From: Paragordius varius
Lineage: Eukaryota; Animalia; Nematomorpha
NCBI GenBank assembly: GCA_964247055.1
Contig: OZ176053.1
Span: 11,904,001-11,968,000 of the forward strand
Reading direction: 5' to 3'
DNA length: 64,000 nt
Shown one piece after another: positions 36,162 through 50,900 of the stretch. The notes beneath the pieces were generated by a model. That model was not told the origin of the DNA, ran no database searches, and was given only the letters and a program-made list of their open reading frames with translations. Numbering within the stretch: the first letter of the stretch is position 1; each line of letters starts with the position of its first letter. Position numbers and translations under genes: made by a program.

Positions 36162-39049
36162 ATTTAGATCAAATCCGAATTTTTGCTTAAAAATATTTTT
36201 AGCGAAACTTAAAGGAAGCGTATTTTTCTTGCCTCTAAACTATATATTTTTAAATGAATTTGGTATTGTTCTTACACACATGGCCTATAATATCAAATTA
36301 TTATAATTAAAGTTAGCTAGGCACTATGACTAACGGAAAAACTAAACGCTTTAACAAATATCAGAACATGATACCTAGTATGCAGATATATTTTTAGTTG
36401 TACCCAAACGATATATTTTCAAAATAAAATCTTATATATTTCGGAAACCATAAATAAATTTCTAATGCCAATATATTGAGGAAAACAATGTGCGTTTTTA
36501 GAAAAGTTTATTTTTTTGATTATGATAAAAAATGAAGATTTTGGATTTTCTCAATGATTAAATTTTGATCACATTTTTGTCCATGACACATAATTTTTTA
36601 AGTTAATACGAGTGATTATTATTAACTTTTAAATATCTCACCAAACTATCCACAAACTAACTCTTGCAATAATCTGGTCTTCGTCAAATCGTTTAAGCAT
36701 GTACCTAAAAATAATTTTATTTTAAAGTGCAAATCAGCCAATTTAAAATCTGGCTATAATATTTTATAAATGTTGGCACTTTATTTTTTCACATATAGTA
36801 TTTCATCTATTATCGCAATGTAGTATCCAATAGTGAAACTATAATTTTCAAAAATGCATGGCCCTCAGCAAAATGCGAAAAATTACCTATAAACCGCATT
36901 TACCCGCAAGGCTTTCTGTGCAAAGCAGAAGTTTTACCACCTCACTCATTATTATATTTATACAAATAATTAGAAAATGTTTTTATATTTAAGCTTTGAA
37001 TGTGTGAATATTATAAATCTTTCGATTATTAAATATTTATAAATGAGGTGTAGCATTTAAATTATTTTCACCAAGAACGTATTATAGAATTTTTTGATTA
37101 TTTATGCAAAGCCCAAAAAGTTTTAAATTATCTCCTGGTTCCAAAGCAAAACACAGATTAAAAAATAGTTGGTCGCAAAACTCCAATTATTACAAACCTT
37201 TTTATATCCGTATATATACCAAAAAATTGCTAATTATTTGCATAAAAGCATAAGAAAACGTTATTTTAATAATAACTATTTTATTTGTTGAGCGAAACGA
37301 ATTAGCTCATGTTGATTATCATGCGCTTTCCTATATCAAAATGCGAGCATAATTTTAAATTATTATCCAAATTTATCTTATCCTAAAACAATTTATTGCC
37401 ATAATGTGCCAAACCATTACATTGTGTGAATATATAAAAGTTGAAATGCACTTGGTAAATGGATTATAACTTCATTTTCATTTTTCTGTACCCATGGCAT
37501 TTTGGGGTAATTTATTTATCTCGGAGCTTAAGTAGTAAACAAACTACTGTTTAGAGTGTTGTTTTGGTTATATAAGAAACATCCTGTATTTGATAAAAAA
37601 ACTTAGATAAATTTTTTGATTCTAGAGTCCCAAATTTAAGTAGATCCTAAACACGATTGAAATAAACAGCTGACATTTAAAATAAATATTTTTCGTAAAA
37701 TAACTCGAAAGCTTTCGAAAGTTAATTATATAAATTTTCCACCCAAATATATTTAGTCTAATTTACGATTACAAAAATAGACAAAAAAATGGCGGCGAAA
37801 AAGCTTCAGATGAGGATTTTTTTACCTTACATTTTATTAAAAATATTGTATCATGCGCCTTAAAGGCTAAAAAAAGCGTATAATTTGGCCCGATGAAATT
37901 CTAAGATATTCAAATTTTAAATGGCCCTGAAGTATAAAACTACTTCAAAAGGTCAAGAAATGTTAAACATCAAAACTAAAACATTATAAAATTCTGATAT
38001 TATCATAAGATGTGCATACCATAAAAACATCTAATTATTAATTGAAACAGATTATACAAAAAACATAAAAGAAATTTTAGCATTCACATCTTCGCCATAC
38101 CCTTCACATTAAGTATATCTCATGTATTATTAACTATTATTATCAAAATTTCTAACACTATTTTTGTCCTCATGATATAAAAAGTTAAAAAAACTCATAA
38201 ATATAAATAATATTACTAGGCTCCGATATATTTTTGAAATTTCTGCTATTATATATTATATCAAAAGGGTACCATAATGAATTATTTATAGTCGGATCGC
38301 AAAAATACATTTAAACTAAAATTTGATATTAAACGACATACTTCTAAATGCTTTACTTTTCAAACACGATTATATAAATTATAATATTTATCGATTAATA
38401 CAAGTAACATTATTCATAAATAACTAAAAGGCAAATCAAAATTCTTTTTATCTTTTGATCAATTGTATTAAAGGAGGAATAATCCTATGTTACAAAGTAA
38501 TGTATACAGAGAGAAGCGTTATTGGTGCGTTGATTTTGTTTGCAATAATATAGAAAATATATTTAGTAATGGGTTAAATTTAAGAATATGATTTTTTAGC
38601 CTTTAAGGAGCATGATCAAGAACATTTATTTAAAATAATGTATAATTGTAATAAACTCTCATCACAAACTTTTTCACCATTTTAAATTTTTTTTAACCGT
38701 TATTACCACAGGTATTTAATGTATATTATGGGTGAAAAATATAAATAATTAATTTCGGAAAACTTTCAAATAAATTACGAGGATTTTGATATTTATGGAC
38801 TTAAATATCAGCTGTTTATATCAATCGTTCGAACCTATCTGAGTTTTTGACACTGTGGAAATTATATGTTTTTTATCAACACTGCCGTCCAAAATTAGTG
38901 TGTATAAAAAATATGCTGTTGAAATATATATTCTGATAGGAAAATTTAATCGTTTTGAGCCTTACGAGTCATATAAAATAGTTAACTAAACTTTTGTGGT
39001 AAATGGTCCATATCAAAAAATGACAAACTTTGCGAAGTTAATTAAATTT

Positions 39050-39300
39050 TTTGATCATCATACCCTTGGTTTGGATACTAACTCTGCAGTTAAGTTGGTC
39101 CATAGCATCCGTTGTGAGATATCTGTGCGAGTTCGTGGCCGAATGTTGTTTTTTTAATCTGATCTAAGTATCGTAGCTTAGGCCATGCCAGTTTCCTAGC
39201 CCCTTCAAAATATGGTCTCTTTAAATAAAATATCGGCTCTCATCACATGTCCGAAAAAGAGTTACAAGATATGAATTTTTTGAAGGAGGGTCTGTCTGGG
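39050..39300 (-). mobile_element. 3' fragment of an RTE-like non-LTR retrotransposon
   Basis: Minus strand reads FFGHVMR...RYLDQIKK across frameshifts, resembling the RTE C-terminal FGH.MR...RW.D.IK region, followed by a TGATGA tail. Confidence 0.5.
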
Positions 39301-40108
39301 TTTAATATGTTCTAGTGAAAGTTAGCTCCATTCCAAAAAATATAAAATATATCATAAACTACATATAAAAAGCAAAACAATGGGGAATGATAAAAGTAAG
39401 GAAACGCTTAATTAAAGGTCTTCCTTATATTAATGTGACCAGATATTTTGAACTTTGACGCAGTACAAAATTAAAACATAGTTTGGTTGTTTTTACACCA
39501 TCAGTGTGGTATATTACACAGTTTCCACAAAAAAACATCCTGACTAAATAATATATTTTGATAGGAAAATATCAGAATTTATAGGTGCTTTTGGTTTTAA
39601 CACTAACGAGTTATAAAGAAAGTTATTTACACTTTTGTGGTAAGTGCTTAGCATAAAATTGCAAAAGGATAGCAAATTTTTTTAAATATATATTTTGGTG
39701 ACAACTAAATGCTTTATTAAAAAAAAATATCATTAAAATATAATATAAACTACATTTAAATAGCAAAACATTAATTTTAAAAATTTTAAGATGAAATTTC
39801 CAACAATCAAACATCACTTTTAAACAATCAAATTAATTAACCCATGCTAATATAAATATTTCCAACAATCAACAATTACTTTTTAACAATCAAATAATAT
39901 TACCCATGCTAATATAAATATTTCCAACAATCAACCATCACTTTTCAACAATCAAATTAAGCACATGCTAATATAAATATTTCCAATAACAACCACACTT
40001 TTCAACAATCAAACAATATTACACATGCTATAAATATTTCCAATAATCAACCATAACTTTCAACCGTGAACCAGACTTTTTAACAATCAAATAATATTAT
40101 CAATGCTA

Positions 40109-40290
40109 CAGTAGCGTATGCAGTAAAAGATTGTTAGTGCAAAATAATCTTAATGAACACAAAACAGGGGGATATTATGGATATGTTTATAAATAGGACT
40201 GAATGATAATTAATATATGAAAATTGTCCCCCTGTTTTGTGTTCATTAAGATTATTTTGCACTAACAATCTTTTACTGCATACGCTACTG
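40109..40290. mobile_element. Tc1/mariner-type MITE with 64-bp perfect TIRs
   Basis: 40109-40172 is the exact reverse complement of 40227-40290; TA duplicated at 40107-40108 and 40291-40292 inside a satellite unit. Confidence 0.92.
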
Positions 40291-43200
40291 TAATATAAAT
40301 ATTTCCAACAATCAACCATGACTTTTAACAATCAAATAATATTACCAATGCTAATATATATACTTCCAATAATCAACCATCACTTTTCAAACATGAACCA
40401 CACTTTTCAACAATCAAATAATATTACCCATGCTAATATAAATATTTCCAACAATCAACCATCACTTTTTAACAATCAAATAATATTAATATAAATATTT
40501 ATAATCAACCATTTTAAACAATCAAATAATATTACCCATGCTAATATAAATATTTCCAACAATCATCCATCACTTTTAAGCTATCAAATAATATTACCCA
40601 TGCTAATATAAATATTTATAACAATCAACCATCACTTTCAACAATCCAATTAAGTAACCCATGCTAATATAAATATTTCCAACAATCAACCATTATCAAC
40701 AATCAAATAATATTACCCATGCTAATATAAATATTTCCAACAATCATTTATATATTTTTAACAATCAAATAATATTACATATGCTAATATAAATATTTCC
40801 AACAATCAATTATATATTTTTAACAATTAAATAATATTACCCATTCTAATATAAATATTTATAACAATCAACCATTACTTTTCAACAATCAAATAATATT
40901 ACCCATGGTAATATAAATATTTCCAACAATCAACCATCACTTTTCAAAAATCAAATTTAACCCATGCTAATATAAATATTTCCAACAATCAACCATCACT
41001 TTTAAACAATCAAATAATATTACCCATGCTAATATAAATATTTATAACAATCAACCATCACTTTTCAACAATCAAATAATATTACCCATGGTAATATAAA
41101 TATTAATAACAATCAACCATCACTTTTCAACAATCAAATAATATTACCCATGCTAATATAAATATTTATAACAATCAACCATCACTTTTCAACAATCAAA
41201 TAATATTACCCATGGTAATATAAATATTTATAACAATCAACCATCACTTTTAAACAATCAAATAATATATACACATGCTAATATAAATATTTCCAGCAAT
41301 CAACCATCACTTTTCAACAATCAAATTAAGTAACCCATGCTAATATAAATATTTCCAACAATCAACCATCACTTTTCAACAATCAAATTAAGTAACCCAT
41401 GCTAATATACATATTTCGAACCATAGATCACTTTTAACAATCAAATAATATTACGCATGCTTTAAATATTTCCAATAATCAACCATCACTTTTCAACCAT
41501 GAACCACACTTTTCAACAATCAAATAATATTACCCATGCTAATATAAATATTTATAACAATCAACCATCATTTTTCAACAATCAAATTAAGTATCCCATG
41601 TTAATATAAAAATTTCCAACAATCAACCATCACTTTTCAACAATCAAATTAAGTAACCCATGCTAATATAAAAATTTCCAACAATCAACCATCACTTTTC
41701 AACAATCAAATTAAGTAACCCATGCTAATATAAATATTTCCAACAATCAACCATCACTTTTAAACAATCAAATAATATTACCCATGCTAATATAAATATT
41801 TATAACAATCAACCATCACTTTTCAACAATCAAATTAAGTAACCCATGCTAATATAAATATTTCCAACAATCAACCATCACTTTTCAACAATCAAATTAA
41901 GTAACCCATGCTAATATACATATTTCGAACCATAGATCACTTTTAACAATCAAATAATATTACGCATGCTTTAAATATTTCCAATAATCAACCATCACTT
42001 TTCAACCATGAACCACACTTTTCAACAATCAAATAATATTACCCATGCTAATATAAATATTTATAACAATCAACCATCATTTTTCAACAATCAAATTAAG
42101 TATCCCATGCTAATATAAAAATTTCCAACAATCAACCATCACTTTTCAACAATCAAATTAAGTAACCCATGCTAATATAAATATTTCCAACAATCAACCA
42201 TCACTTTTCAACATCAAATTAAGTAACCCATGCTAGTATAAAAATTTCTAATAAGCAACCAACTCTTTTCAACCATCAACCATCACTTTTAAACAATCAA
42301 ATAATATTACCCTATGCTAATATAAATATTTATAACAATCAACCATCATTTTTCAACAATCAAATTAAGTATCCCATGCTAATATAAAAATTTCCAACAA
42401 TCAACCATCACTTTTCAACAATCAAATTAAGTAACCCATGCTAATATACATATTTCGAACCATAGATCACTTTTAACAATCAAATAATATTACGCATGCT
42501 TTAAATATTTCCAATAATCAACCATCACTTTTCAACCATGAACCACACTTTTCAACAATCAAATAATATTACCCATGCTAATATAAATATTTATAACAAT
42601 CAACCATCATTTTTCAACAATCAAATTAAGTATCCCATGCTAATATAAAAATTTCCAACAATCAACCATCACTTTTCAACAATCAAATTAAGTAACCCAT
42701 GCTAATATAAATATTTCCAACAATCAACCATCACTTTTCAACATCAAATTAAGTAACCCATGCTAGTATAAAAATTTCTAATAAGCAACCAACTCTTTTC
42801 AACCATCAACCATCACTTTTAAACAATCAAATAATATTACCCTATGCTAATATAAATATTTATAACAATCAACCATCATTTTTCAACAATCAAATTAAGT
42901 ATCCCATGCTAATATAAAAATTTCCAACAATCAACCATCATTTTTCAACAATCAAATTAAGTATCCCATGCTAATATAAATATTTCCAACAATCAACCAT
43001 CACTTTTCAACATCAAATTAAGTAACCCATGCTAGTATAAAAATTTCTAATAAGCAACCAACTCTTTTCAACCATCAACCATCACTTTTAAACAATCAAA
43101 TAATATTACCCATGCTAATATAAATATTTATAACAATCAACCATCACTTTTAAACAATCAAATAATATTACCCTATGCTAATATAAATATTTATAACAAT

Positions 43201-46200
43201 CAACCATCATTTTTCAACAATCAAATTAAGTATCCCATGCTAATATAAAAATTTCCAACAATCAACCATCACTTTTCAACATCAAATTAAGTAACCCATG
43301 CTAATATAAATATTTCCAACAATCAATTATATATTTTTGACAATCAAATAATATCACCCATGCTAATATAAATATATCCAACAATCAACCATCACTTTTA
43401 AACAATCAAATAATATTACCCTATGCTAATATAAATATTTATAACAATCAACCATCACTTTTAAACAATCAAATAATATTACCCATGCTAATATAAATAT
43501 TTCCAACAATCAACCATCACTTTTTAACAATCAAATAATATTACCCATGCTAATATAAATATTTATAACAATCAACCATCACTTTTCAATAATCAAATTA
43601 AGTAACCCATGCTAATATAAATATTTCCAACAATCAACCATCACTTTTCAACAATCAAATTAAGTAACCCATGCTAGTATAAATATTTCCAACAATCATC
43701 CATCACTTTTAAACAATCAAATTAAGTATCCCATAAAATAAATATTTATAACATCAACCATCACTTTTCAACAATCAAATAATATTACCCATGGTAATAT
43801 AAATATTTATAACAATCAACCATCACTTTTAAACAATCAAATAATATATACACATGCTAATATAAATATTTCCAGCAATCAACCATCACTTTTCAACAAT
43901 CAAATTAAGTAACCCATGCTAATATACATATTTCGAACCATAGATCACTTTTAACAATCAAATAATATTACGCATGCTTTAAATATTTCCAATAATCAAC
44001 CATCACTTTTCAACCATGAACCACACTTTTCAACAATCAAATAATATTACCCATGCTAATATAAATATTTATAACAATCAACCATCATTTTTCAACAATC
44101 AAATTAAGTATCCCATGCTAATATAAAAATTTCCAACAATCAACCATCACTTTTCAACAATCAAATTAAGTAACCCATGCTAATATAAATATTTCCAACA
44201 ATCAACCATCACTTTTCAACATCAAATTAAGTAACCCATGCTAGTATAAAAATTTCTAATAAGCAACCAACTCTTTTCAACCATCAACCATCACTTTTAA
44301 ACAATCAAATAATATTACCCATGCTAATATAAATATTTATAACAATCAACCATCACTTTTAAACAATCAAATAATATTACCCTATGCTAATATAAATATT
44401 TCCAACAATCAACCATCACTTTTCAACAATCAAATTAAGTATCCCATGCTAATATAAAAATTTCCAACAATCAACCATCACTTTTCAACAATCAAATTAA
44501 GTAACCCATGCTAATATAAATATTTCCAACAATCAACCATCACTTTTCAACATCAAATTAAGTAACCCATGCTAGTATAAAAATTTCTAATAAGCAACCA
44601 ACTCTTTTCAACCATCAACCATCACTTTTAAACAATCAAATAATATTACCCATGCTAATATAAATATTTATAACAATCAACCATCACTTTTAAACAATCA
44701 AATAATATTACCCTATGCTAATATAAATATTTATAACAATCAACCATCATTTTTCAACAATCAAATTAAGTATCCCATGCTAATATAAATATTTCCAACA
44801 ATCAACCATTACTTTTCAACCATGAACCACACTTTTTAACAATTAAATAATATTACCCATTCTAATATAAATATTTCCAACAATCAACTATCACTTTTTA
44901 ACAATCAAATAATATTACCCATGCTAATATAAATATTTATAACAATCAACCATCACTTTTCAACAATCAAATTAAGTAACCCATGCTAATATAAATATTT
45001 CCAACAATCAACCATTACTTTTCAACCATGAACCACACTTTTTAACAATTAAATAATATTACTCATTCTAATATAAATATTTCCAACAATCAACCATCAC
45101 TTTTAAACAATCAAATAATATTACCCATGCTAATATAAATATTTATAACAATCAACCATCACTTTTCAACAATCAAATTAAGTAACCCATGCTAGTATAA
45201 AAATTTCTAATAAGCAACCAACTCTTTTCAACCATCAACCATCACTTTTAAACAATCAAATAATATTACCCTATGCTAATATAAATATTTCCAACAATCA
45301 ACCATCACTTTTCAACAATCAAATTAAGTAACCCATGCTAATATAAATATTTCCAACAATCAACCATAACTTTTCAACATCAAATTAAGTAACCCATGCT
45401 AGTATAAAAATTTCTAATAAGCAACCAACTCTTTTCAACCATCAACCATCACTTTTAAACAATCAAATAATATTACCCATGCTAATATAAATATTTATAA
45501 CAATCAACCATCACTTTTAAACAATCAAATAATATTACCCTATGCTAATATAAATATTTCCAACAATCAACCATCACTTTTCAACAATCAAATTAAGTAA
45601 CCCATGCTAATATAAATATTTCCAACAATACCCCATCACTTTTCAACAATCAAATTAAGTAACCCATGCTAGTATAAATATTTCCAACAATCATCCATCA
45701 CTTTTAAACAATCAAATTAAGTATCCCATAAAATAAATATTTATAACATCAACCATCACTTTTCAACAATCAAATTAAGTAACCCATGCTAATATAAATA
45801 TTTCCAACAATCAACCATTGCTTTTCAACAATCAAATAATATTACCCATGCTAATATAAATATTTCCAACAATCAACCATTACTTTTCAACCATGAACCA
45901 CACTTTTTAACAATTAAATAATATTACCCATGCTAATATAAATATTTCCAACAATCATCCATCACTTTTAAACAATCAAATTAAGTATCCCATAAAATAA
46001 ATATTTATAACATCAACCATCACTTTTCAACAATCAAATAATATTACCCATGCTAATATAAATATTTCCAACAATCAACCATTTCTTTTCAACAATCAAA
46101 TAATATTACCCATGCTAATATAAATATTTATAACAATCAACCATCACTTTTCAACAATTAAATGATAATACCCATGCTAATATAAATATTTCCAACAATC

Positions 46201-47417
46201 AACCATTACTTTTCAACCATGAACCACACTTTTCAACAATTATATAATATTACCCATTCTAATATAAATATTTCCAACAATCAACTATCACTTTTTAACA
46301 ATCAAATAATATTACCCATGCTAATATAAATATTTATAACAATCAACCATCACTTTTCAACTATCAAATAATATTACCCATGCTAATATAAATATTTCCA
46401 ACAATCATCCATCACTTTTAAACAATCAAATTAAGTATCCCATGCTAAAATAAATATTTATAACAATCAACCATCACTTTTCAACAATTAAACTAAGTAA
46501 CCCATGCTAATATAAATATTTATAACAATCAACCATCACTTTTTAACAATCAAATAATATTACCCATGCTAATATAAATATTTATAACAATCAACCATCA
46601 CTTTTCAACAATCAAATTAAGTAACCCATGCTAATATATATTTCCAACAATCAACCATTACTTTTCAACCATGAACCACACTTTATAACAATTAAATAAT
46701 ATTACCCATTCTAATATAAACATTTCCAACAATCAACTATATCTTTTTACCAATCAAATAATATTACCCATGCTAATATAAATATTTATAACAATCAACC
46801 TTCACTTTTCAACAATCAAACTAAGTAACCCATGCTAATATAAATATTTCCAACAATCAATTATATATTTTTAACAATCAAATAATATTACCCATGCTAA
46901 TATAAATATTTCCAACAATCAACCATTACTTTTCAACCATGAACCACACTTTTTAACAATTAAATAATATTACCCATTCTAATATAAACATTTCCAACAA
47001 TCAACTATATCTTTTTACCAATCAAATAATATTACCCATGCTAATATAAATATTTATAACAATCAACCTTCACTTTTCAACAATCAAACTAAGTAACCCA
47101 TGCTAATATAAATATTTCCAACAATCAATTATATATTTTTAACAATCAAATAATATTACCCGTGCTAATATAAATATTTATAACAATCAACCATCACTTT
47201 TCAACAATCAAATTAAGTAACCCATGCTAATATAAATATTTCCAACAATCAACCATTACTTTTCAACAATCAAATAATATTACCCATGCTAATATAAATA
47301 TTTCCAACAATCAATTATATATTTTTAACAATCAAATAATAATACCCATGCTAATATAAATATTTCCAACAATCAACCATTACTTTTCAACCATGAACCA
47401 CACTTTTTAACAATTAA

Positions 47418-47997
47418 CACTTGGATACAACACACTCATTTTAGTCCTTCGATTCAAATTGGGGTAGTTGGATACCCCAGGCCTGTTTAAAATCAAATAC
47501 TTAAAAAGTATGGAAGGAATCAAAACCATGGCAATATTTTGCACTTATATAACATTAATAAACCGAAATATATAAAAAATTTTATTCAAAAATACGGATA
47601 TTACACATTTTAAGCTAAAACCAAAAGGTAAAATTTTTGTCAACGTGACATGTGTCCAATTGTAAAATTGAAAAATTATACAAACTAAACCTCTTTTTCT
47701 ATTTCTATCAATGTTAGATGTAATTTATATAAAAAATTAGCTTTAGTTTTAGCCTTAAAATTAAATAAAGACGATATTTTGCAAAAATTTTGTAGAATAA
47801 AAATGGCGTTGAAGTAGTTTGAGATGGAGCTTTTTTTTCAAAACAAAATTTTATCAAGATATATTGGCATATTTATATAATATTTATCAGGATAGAAGCA
47901 TAAATTTAAATTGGGACCGTTTCCTTCAATAGTTTTTTAAAAATATTAATTTAAATTAAGTCTGGGGTATTTAAATACCCCAATTTGAATCGAAGTG
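47418..47997. mobile_element. piggyBac-type MITE
   Basis: TTAA on both sides (47414-47417, 47998-48001) splitting a satellite unit; CACTT...AAGTG ends; subterminal inverted repeat CTTCGATTCAAATTGGGGTA...TACCCCAG. Confidence 0.85.
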
Positions 47998-50900
47998 TTA
48001 AATAATATTACCCATTCTAATATAAATATTTCCAACAATCAACCATCACTTTTCAACAATCAAATTAAGTAACCCATGCTAATATAAATATTCCCAACAA
48101 TCAACCATTGCTTTTCTACAATCAAATAATATTACCCATGCTAATATAAATATTTCCAACAATCAATTATATATTTTTGACAATCAAATAATATCACCCA
48201 TGCTAATATAAATATTTATAACAATCAACCTTCACTTTTCAACAACCAAACTAAGTAACCCATGCTAATATAAATATTTCCAACAATCAATTATATATTT
48301 TTGACAATCAAATAATATCACCCATGCTAATATAAATATTTCCAACAATCAATTATATATTTTTGACAATCAAATAATATCACCCATGCTAATATAAATA
48401 TTTATAACAATCAACCATCACTTTTCAACAATCAAATTAAGTAACCCATGCTAATATAAATATTTCCAACAATCAACCATTACTTTTCAACAATCAAATA
48501 ATATTACCCATGCTAATATTAATATTTCTACAATCCATTACTATTTAACAATCAAATAATATTACCCATGCTAATATAAATATTTCCAACAATCAATTAT
48601 ATATTTTTGACAATCAAATAATATCACCCATGCTAATATAAATATTTATAACAATCAACCATCACTTTTCAACAATCAAATTAAGTAACCCATGCTAATA
48701 TAAATATTTCCAACAATCAACCATTACTTTTCAACCATGAACCACACTTTTTAACAATTAAATAATATTACCCATTCTAATATAAATATTTCCAACAATC
48801 AACTATCACTTTTTAACAATCAAATAATATTACCCATGCTAATATAAATATTTATAACAATCAACCATCACTTTTCAACAATCAAATTAAGTAACCCATG
48901 CTAATATAAATATTTCCAACAATCAACCATTACTTTTCAACCATGAACCACACTTTTTAACAATTAAATAATATTACCCATTCTAATATAAATATTTCCA
49001 ACAATCAACTATCACTTTTTAACAATTAAATAATATTACCCATTCTAATATAAATATTTCCAACAATCAACCATCACTTTTCAACAATAAATTAAGTAAC
49101 CCATGCTAATATAAATATTTCCAACAATCAACCATTACTTTTCAACAAAATAATATCACCCATGCTAATATAAATATTTTCAACAATCAATTATATATTT
49201 TTAACAATCAAATAATATTACCCATGCTAATATAAATATTTATAACAATCAACCATCACTTTTCAACAATCAAATTAAGTAACCCATGCTAATATAAATA
49301 TTTCCAACAATCAACCATTGCTTTTCAACAATCAAATAATATTACCCATGCTAATATAAATATTTCCAACAATCAATTATATATTTTTAACAATCAAATA
49401 ATAATACCCATGCTAATATAAATATTTCCAACAATCAACCATTACTTTTCAACCATGAACCACACTTTTTAACAATTAAATAATATTACCCATGCTAATA
49501 TAAATATTTCCAACAATCATCCATCACTTTTAAACAATCAAATTAAGTATCCCATAAAATAAATATTTATAACATCAACCATCACTTTTCAACAATCAAA
49601 TAATATTACCCATGGTAATATAAATATTTCCGACAATCAACCATTACTTTTCAACCATGAACCACACTTTTTAACAATTAAATAATATTACCCATGCTAA
49701 TATAAATATTTCCAACAATCATCCATCACTTTTAAACAATCAAATTAAGTATCCCATAAAATAAATATTTATAACATCAACCATCACTTTTCAACAATCA
49801 AATAATATTACCCATGCTAATATAAATATTTCCAACAATCAACCATTACTTTTCAACAATCAAATAATATTACCCATGCTAATATAAATATTTATAACAA
49901 TCAACCATCATTTTTTTAGAATCAAATAATATTACCCATGCTAATATAAATATTTATAACAATAAACCATCACTTTTCAACAATCAAATAATATTACCCT
50001 ATGCTAATATAAATATTTATAACAATCAACCATCACTTTTTAAGAAATAATATTACCCATGCTAATATAAATATTTCCAACAATCATCCATCACTTTTAA
50101 ACAATCAAATTAAGTATCCCATAAAATAAATATTTATAACATCAACCATCACTTTTCAACAATCAAATAATATTACCCATGCTAATATAAATATTTCCAA
50201 CAATCAACCATTACTTTTCAACAATCAAATAATATTACCCATGCTAATATAAATATTTATAACAATCAACCATCACTTTTTAAGAAATAATATTACCCAT
50301 GCTAATATAAATATTTATAACAATAAACCATCACTTTTCAACAATCAAATGATAATACCCATGCTAATATAAATATTTCCAACAATCAACCATTACTTTT
50401 CAACCATGAACCACACTTTTCAACAATTAAATAATATTACCCATTCTAATATAAATATTTCCAACAATCAACCATCACTTTTCAACAATAAATTAAGTAA
50501 CCCATGCTAATATAAATATTTATAACAATCAACCATCACTTTTCAACTATCAAATAATATTACCCATGCTAATATAAATATTTATAACAATCAACCATCA
50601 CTTTTCAACAATCAAATTAAGTAACCCATGCTAATATAAATATTTCCAACAATCAACCATTACTTTTCAACAATCAAATAATATTACCCATGCAAATATA
50701 AATATTTCCAACAATCAATTATATATTTTTAACAATCAAATAATAATACCCATGCTAATATAAATATTTATAACAATCAACCTTCACTTTTCAACAATCA
50801 AACTAAGTAACCCATACTAATATAAATATTTCCAACAATCAATTATATATTTTTGACAATCAAATAATATCACCCATGCTAATATAAATATTTCCAACAA

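Larger units (their letters stand above)
34365..38610. repeat. Segmental duplication copy B
   Basis: Colinear with 27780-32120; carries an extra hAT MITE at 35856-36161. Confidence 0.8.
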
